Shown piece after piece: positions 61,501 to 64,000 of a stretch of DNA of 64,000 bases. How positions within the stretch are numbered: the stretch's first letter is position 1; each line of letters begins with the position of its first letter. The notes beneath the pieces are model-generated. The model saw only the letters and a program-made list of their open reading frames with translations, was not told where the DNA came from and searched no databases. Source of the stretch: Octopus vulgaris (Eukaryota); assembly GCA_951406725.2 (NCBI GenBank), contig OX597815.1, positions 114,700,001 through 114,764,000 of the forward strand. Direction: 5' to 3'. The position numbers were made by a program, and so were the translations under genes.

Positions 61501-63660
61501 TGGAACACGCTTTGGAAATATTTCGCTTGAAGTTCAAGTACTTTGTCAACAATATCTCTGGCATGGATGAATTATTTGAAGTCTCTTTTTCTCCTTTGGC
61601 CTCATCAGGGAAACCAATGTCTAGGTTAGTAGCTCAAGCAATTATTGACATTGTTAGTTTACCTTGGCTGAAACCTATTTTCACAGTTGGTCTATGTGGG
61701 CAGATTATACTGGTTATATTGGGTTTTTTTCTATATTTTCATATGCCACTAGATGCATGTATTTTTGTATGTGTTATGTAGTAACAAGTATTCTATTTCT
61801 AATGCAATAGTATTTTGTCTTTTCCATATATTGAAGCCATTTACTTTTCTTCTGGTTCTCTTATGCACTAACATCACTTTCTCTTTTCTATTGGTATGGC
61901 TGTGTTGTTATGAAGTTCACTTCACAATCACATGGTTTGAAGTTTATTCCATTGGTTGATACCTTGGGCAAGTGTCTTCTTCTACAGCCTTGGATTGACC
62001 ATTGCCTTATGAGTGAAATTTAGGTGACAGAAATATAAGGAAGACCAGTATATTTGTGTGTGTATGTGTTTCTGTGTCTTGCTTGGCTATATGTAAAAAC
62101 CAGCAGGAAACAAAATACCTTATTTGGATAACCAACTAAAGATTGTCTACAGAAAGGTGATCTAGCCATGGAATATTGCCTCAATACATTTCTTCCAACC
62201 CATGACATCATAGAATAAGTGGATGTATAAATGATGACGACAATTCTCTATTGCTTCTCAATCTGCTACTTCATTGAATTAGTGGTTTCTAATTACTATA
62301 ATCAAAATCAAAGTGCTTTTCACTCTTTCTCATAATGAGGGTAGATGTTTTGCTAATCAATAATGGAGGGTATTAAACATAAAGAAACTGTTTAAAAATA
62401 AAACCAGGATATTACAGAATAAAAAGAATTCTTCAATTGAAGTACATTAACTCACTGGCATATTAAATACATTCAATTCTTGTCTAACATTATCAGATTG
62501 GAAAAAATGAACTGGAATCAAGTTTATTATGGAGTATTTTAACTTATCATATACAATATAGTTAAAAGATTTTTCTACCATGGATACCATGTTGATTTCA
62601 AAATTATTAAAGCAATAATCTATAATTAAACATAACCAGACAGATGAAGATTCAGACTAGTATTTATTAGCAAATCATTGACATGACTATACAATTATAA
62701 AATCTAGCACCCAAGATTATTTATAACAGGATAAGGTTTGAACTCATGTGCTGTCTGAAGTTTGTGATTTGATGTTCAAAAATTTCTGGTATCAATGCAT
62801 TGTTATTTTAAAGGTGTGGCAAATGTCGTCGGTACATGAAACTGATTCAGGCAAAACCAAGCAGGTTACATTGTTCAAATTGTGATGATACATACTCTTT
62901 GCCACAAAATGGTGGAATTAAACTCTATCAGGAGTTAAAATGTCCACTAGATGACTATGAACTCGTACTCTGGACAACTGGTACAAAGGGAAAGGTATTT
63001 ATAAATTTATTTAGTTGATTTTCTATGCTTTTCATATCATCAGTTTTTACAATTGCTATTTTCACACATTCAAATCAACAAATGCTTTGCACTACTTTGT
63101 TAAAATTTTATCATAAAAATGATTTTGTTATTTATTTGAATTTTCCTTAGCAAATGATAAAAGATACTTCAGGAGACCATCCGACCTACATTTCACATTA
63201 TTCATATATTTGTGTTCTTTTAAGATGATAGGATGTGATTTGAGGTGGATAGACCTGTTGTTTCTGGAAAGATCACACAATTGTGCTGAGGAGCCCTTGA
63301 TGGCTTATGATGATGATAATGATAGTGGTAACAATGATAATAATTCAAGAAAAGTGCTGTTTACAATTACTTGGAGATTTAATACCAAGAAGAAAATACC
63401 TTCAGATTTGTAATTCACTTTTGAACTAGTTTCTAATTCTTTGTTTTATTTCATTTACAGAGTTATCCCTTATGTCCATATTGCTATAACAATCCACCTT
63501 TCAAGGATATGCGCAAAGGCAGTGGCTGTAATGAATGCACACATCCTACATGTCAACATGCATTTTCTCAAAATGGCGTATCTGAATGTCTTGAATGCAG
63601 TCAAGGTATCTTGGTATTGGACCAGTCTTCGGCACCAAAATGGCGTATGGCATGTAACAA
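31118..63660 (+). CDS. TOP3B: DNA topoisomerase III beta (type IA), 15 coding exons in window; continues past right edge
   Basis: [14 protein letters not shown] (TOPRIM), [25 protein letters not shown], catalytic [10 protein letters not shown] (Tyr codon 52772-52774, residue 333), [19 protein letters not shown] and C-terminal Cys zinc-finger repeats. 2240 nt of phase-consistent exons. Confidence 0.98.
31940..32650 (-). mobile_element. Cluster of three SINE family A copies
   Basis: TAGGCACA...TTTATCGA...TGAAAGGC...AACTCAGAA...CTAACG repeated three times. Confidence 0.75.
33661..34074. mobile_element. Fold-back MITE, Merlin- or Mutator-like, with 8-bp TSD
   Basis: GG...CC termini, long imperfect inverted arms (AAAAATCGGCATTTTGAAAT / ATTTCAAAATGCCGATTTTT), perfect TSD GAAAGCTG at 33653-33660 and 34075-34082. 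Confidence 0.85.
34966..36686 (+). mobile_element. 5'-truncated degenerate RTE LINE
   Basis: RT motifs (LLYTDDL), PHD-like Cys cluster, ORF2 end, 3' UTR and (GAT)n tail; many stops. Confidence 0.92.
36760..37200 (+). mobile_element. Old RTE/BovB-like LINE fragment
   Basis: [28 protein letters not shown] resembles the RTE FHQRCLRxILGIxWQDHV motif. Confidence 0.5.
37470..37500. repeat. (CA)n microsatellite
   Basis: Direct reading. Confidence 0.9.
38320..38732 (+). mobile_element. SINE family B head with RTE-type tail
   Basis: GGTGTGGCTGTGAGGTTAAGAA head; CATGCAAGCATGGAAAAGTGAACTTTAAATGATGATG tail. Confidence 0.7.
41230..41634 (+). mobile_element. Internally deleted hAT transposon
   Basis: [22 protein letters not shown] resembles the end of the hAT C-terminal dimerisation domain; GTGCTTAGGGC subterminal repeats at both ends; decayed CAGGGCCGGATTAA-type termini. 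Confidence 0.6.
42402..42479 (+). CDS. TOP3B: TOP3B coding exon 2
   Basis: [26 protein letters not shown]; AG/GT. Confidence 0.93.
42732..45170 (+). mobile_element. 5'-truncated RTE-clade LINE (RT domain, PHD-like finger, 3' UTR 66-bp array, (GAT)n tail)
   Basis: [47 protein letters not shown]; frameshifts and stops present. Confidence 0.95.
44716..45016 (+). repeat. Tandem array, 5 units with exact 66-bp period
   Basis: TGA(C/T)T unit starts at 44716, 44782, 44848, 44914 and 44980. Confidence 0.92.
45438..45773 (+). mobile_element. tRNA-derived SINE, family D
   Basis: GGCGCATGGCTCAGTGGTTAG head; homologous to 11580-11901. Confidence 0.85.
46763..46876 (+). CDS. TOP3B: TOP3B coding exon 3
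   Basis: [38 protein letters not shown]. Confidence 0.96.
47642..47809 (+). CDS. TOP3B: TOP3B coding exon 4
   Basis: [14 protein letters not shown]...[23 protein letters not shown]. Confidence 0.96.
48240..48374 (+). CDS. TOP3B: TOP3B coding exon 5
   Basis: [45 protein letters not shown]. Confidence 0.96.
49020..49451 (+). mobile_element. Two tandem SINE family A copies
   Basis: GCT(G/A)GCA(A/G)AAT..TTAG...AAATGCTTAGTGG..TTCTGAGTT appears twice. Confidence 0.75.
50089..50201 (+). CDS. TOP3B: TOP3B coding exon 6
   Basis: [37 protein letters not shown](R). Confidence 0.94.
50378..50660 (-). mobile_element. RTE LINE 3' tail
   Basis: (CAT)n tail plus family 3' UTR. Confidence 0.85.
50665..52314 (-). 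mobile_element. Chapaev3-type (CMC superfamily) DNA transposon, 3'-truncated, transposase pseudogene
   Basis: N-terminal [12 protein letters not shown]...[19 protein letters not shown]; catalytic region [45 protein letters not shown]; CACTAG terminus at 52314 next to a TWA. Confidence 0.85.
52492..52583 (+). CDS. TOP3B: TOP3B coding exon 7
   Basis: [30 protein letters not shown](G). Confidence 0.95.
52710..52818 (+). CDS. TOP3B: TOP3B coding exon 8 (catalytic tyrosine)
   Basis: [35 protein letters not shown]. Confidence 0.97.
53225..53405 (-). mobile_element. SINE family B head
   Basis: GGCATGACTGTGTAGTTAAGAAGCTTGC on the minus strand. Confidence 0.7.
53794..53877 (+). CDS. TOP3B: TOP3B coding exon 9
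   Basis: [27 protein letters not shown](R). Confidence 0.94.
54346..54556 (-). mobile_element. SINE family A
   Basis: Homologous to 23915-24121. Confidence 0.8.
54839..54959 (+). CDS. TOP3B: TOP3B coding exon 10
   Basis: [40 protein letters not shown]. Confidence 0.96.
55720..55902 (+). CDS. TOP3B: TOP3B coding exon 11
   Basis: [25 protein letters not shown]...[13 protein letters not shown]. Confidence 0.95.
56007..56167 (+). mobile_element. RTE LINE 3' tail
   Basis: GGAGTGGTTGGCGTTAGGAAGGGCATCCAGC...(GAT)n. Confidence 0.85.
56380..56750 (+). mobile_element. Old RTE-1-like LINE C-terminal fragment
   Basis: Decayed KWRWAGHLAR...RGRGRQ-like motif (K*R*AGDLAR*KDTR...RRGRGRQ). Confidence 0.55.
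57027..57983 (+). mobile_element. Young 5'-truncated RTE LINE inserted in (TA)n
   Basis: Uninterrupted ORF2 C-terminus (RELLPLL...[12 protein letters not shown]...GRGRPKKTW...) to stop at 57513; CpGs retained; (GAT)n tail; (TA)n on both sides. Confidence 0.92.
58131..58340 (+). CDS. TOP3B: TOP3B coding exon 12
   Basis: [47 protein letters not shown]...[11 protein letters not shown]. Confidence 0.97.
58877..61132. mobile_element. RTE/RTE-X-like LINE with inverted 5' segment (58877-59543 minus; 59544-61132 plus), interrupted by an insertion of about 1.2 kb
   Basis: Minus segment: [13 protein letters not shown]...LTKALKTQ. Plus segment: [18 protein letters not shown] and [16 protein letters not shown]...[20 protein letters not shown] at 58868-58876 and 61133-61141. 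Confidence 0.85.
61407..61624 (+). CDS. TOP3B: TOP3B coding exon 13
   Basis: [22 protein letters not shown]...[15 protein letters not shown](R). Confidence 0.96.
61895..62240 (+). mobile_element. SINE family B head with RTE-type tail, degenerate
   Basis: ACCTTGGGCAAGTGTCTTCT core; CCAACCCATG...AAATGATGACG tail. Confidence 0.6.
62814..62994 (+). CDS. TOP3B: TOP3B coding exon 14
   Basis: [33 protein letters not shown]...LWTTGTKGK. Confidence 0.96.
63461..63660 (+). CDS. TOP3B: TOP3B coding exon 15
   Basis: [33 protein letters not shown]...PKWRMACN(K); donor GTAAGA. Confidence 0.96.
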
Positions 63661-64000
63661 GTAAGATCTGAACCATCTATTCTGTTCTTTCTTAAACATT
63701 TTCTGAGTTAGCTTTACCTTTTTGATGCATCTTAAGAAATAGGTATATGTACCAGGCAGGGTAGGAGTTGCTGGATGTATACTATTTTGGTGAATAGGCA
63801 GGTAAATTAAGAATTAGAAATAGAATAAAAATCAAAAAGTAAATGTAATACCTAATCATCTCCTGGCTTGACACTACCACTTGGCCCTGAGTATCTTTAG
63901 CAGAGATTTTTTCATTGCAAACATTCAGTCTAAATCTTCATTTGGAGGATAATAACTTCACCATACTGATGTGCTGTTTCCTGCTGTAGAAACCTTCAAG

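Overview
This is AT-rich, intron-rich animal DNA. The SINE and RTE-LINE repeats look like those of an octopus (coleoid cephalopod); that assignment is my inference. Two conserved genes can be reconstructed exon by exon with consistent GT-AG phases. MED14 is on the minus strand (9 coding exons, ATG at 10968, 246 codons, running off the left edge). TOP3B is on the plus strand (15 coding exons from ATG 31118, about 746 codons including the catalytic GYISYPRT Tyr, running off the right edge). Between them is a probable spliced gene I do not recognise (19277-22467, about 279 aa). It diverges from MED14 across a CpG-rich promoter carrying a near-perfect CTCF motif. The rest is mostly mobile DNA: RTE-clade LINEs and their 3' tails, several tRNA-derived SINE families, mariner, Tigger/pogo-like, Merlin-like, hAT, Helitron-like and Chapaev3 elements. 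No prokaryote-type system (CRISPR etc.) is present. The most interesting signals are the orphan gene, a 66-bp array of predicted H-type pseudoknots in the RTE 3' UTR, a PHD finger embedded in the RTE reverse transcriptase, a TSD-flanked chimeric GC-rich insertion, and a 5'-inverted (twin-primed) LINE with a TSD. All calls are by eye; no searches were run.
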